A stretch of 63,912 bases of DNA, filler included, from Folioceros fuciformis (lineage: Eukaryota), in assembly GCA_049999805.1 (NCBI GenBank). It is 5 parts of 5 records of this genome, joined end to end, with 100 filler letters (N's around TTAATTAATTAA, not from the genome) between each part and the next. Parts side by side here need not be neighbours in the genome. Positions count along the whole stretch, not along the records: positions 62,777 to 63,912 come from JBNGIO010006547.1; 4 more parts are not named here. One strand, 5' to 3'. This document shows positions 62,777 through 63,912 of this stretch, piece after piece; the first letter of the stretch is position 1; each line of letters begins with the position of its first letter. Position numbers and translations under genes: made by a program. The notes beneath the pieces were generated by a model. The model made no database searches. It worked only from the letters and a program-made list of their open reading frames with translations, and had not been told where the DNA came from.

Positions 62777-63912
62777 CCCATTGACACGGGTGGGTAAGAA
62801 TTCTCCATTCAGCTCCCGTAGCTGAATCGACCCGTTTTCAAAAACGTGGGTCACTTCATAGGGTCCCATCCATCGGAGTCGTAATTTCCTAGGGAAGTCA
62901 AGGTACTGGCTGTCATAGAGCAATGCTAAGTCACCCGGAACGACGCGTTCCGTCTTCCTCAGTCTCCTGTCATGATACCACTTTCGTTGTTCCTGTACTC
63001 AGTGAGTCTCTTCTAGTGCTGCGTCGCGATCTTCCTCATGCGCAATGAGCTTCTCCAGCCGAGCTTGTTGACTATCTTCGATCGGTAACCGAGTGTCCTC
63101 CAAAATCCTGTGTGTTGGTACTTCGAACTCGATGGGCATAACTGGCGACATCCCGTAGGTCAGAAAATATGGAGTGCGTTTCGTAGTTACCTTCTTTGCT
63201 GTTCGGTAAGCCCACAGAGCGGAATGTAGTTTTGTGTCCCAGTCATACATGTGGGAGACAGTCACCTTGGTGAGTATCGTCCCCAACAGCCCATTGGTTT
63301 TCTCCGTCAGCCCATTGGCCTTGGGGTTGTATGGAGTCGTCTTCCGATGTCGAATGTTGAAGTAGCGGGTGAGCGATGCTATAACCGTGTTCAGAAAATG
63401 AGTTCCGCGGTCGCTCACCAGCTCCAACGGACACCCATACCTAGTGATGATATTTTCGAACAGGAATTTGGCCACGGTTGATGCATCATCCTTGCGGGTA
63501 GCCTCTGCTTCCACCATCTTCGTGCAGTAGTCGGTGGCAACCAAGATATATTGTTTGCGTGTCCGCTGCGTTGGAGGACGGATGGGTCCGACGAAGTCTA
63601 TTCCCCATTTTTCGAAGGGTGCCAGGGGCAGAATATAGGTTAGGGGCCACTGCGTGCCTAGGGTCGGTCTCCCAACCCGCTGACAAGCGTCACAACGCTT
63701 GATGTACTCCCAGACGTCTCTATGCAGGGTCGTCCACCAAAATCCCGTATCCAAGATCTTCTTGGCAGTCACCTGGACTGAGTAGTGACCACCCGCCTCT
63801 TCAGCATGTAAGGCCTCGACTACTAACATGGCCTCCGCTGGCTCCAAACACCTGCGAATTTTTCCATCGGGGCCCATCTTGTACAATATCTCGTGCTTCA
63901 GGCAATAGGGTC
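62777..63912 (-). mobile_element. Ty3/gypsy integrase fragment
   Basis: H..GGH..CDACQR, WGIDFVGP, SDRGTHF, ANGLTEKTN, LWAYRT and the GPY/F motif WMGPYEV. Stop codon at ~62999. Confidence 0.93.

Overview
Repeat-rich land-plant nuclear DNA, probably hornwort (inferred from WW-type and DYW:KP-type PLS-PPR editing factors). It is made of about five contigs joined by N-TTAATTAATTAA-N linkers (~17.9, 37.9, 60.2, 62.7 kb). It holds a 3.65-kb solo-LTR-like element with a 5-bp TSD, a damaged CYP71-clan P450, an intact PLS-E+ PPR gene plus PPR pseudogenes, a double-lectin L-type receptor kinase, two secreted Gnk2/DUF26 genes, a signal-peptide PPO without the C-terminal shield plus broken copies, and copia and gypsy fragments. 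It also holds a family of TORNADO1-like LRR-Roc-COR (Roco) genes. Main finding: two decayed but complementary copies of an animal-type caspase domain (His in CINAHG, KPKxxLINACRG, p10 STSPG-xx-SLR, STLTRKLY). One follows an LRR-Roc gene directly and the other follows a COR-like tail in frame. This points to an LRR-Roc-COR-caspase fusion protein in a plant, where only metacaspases are generally recognised.
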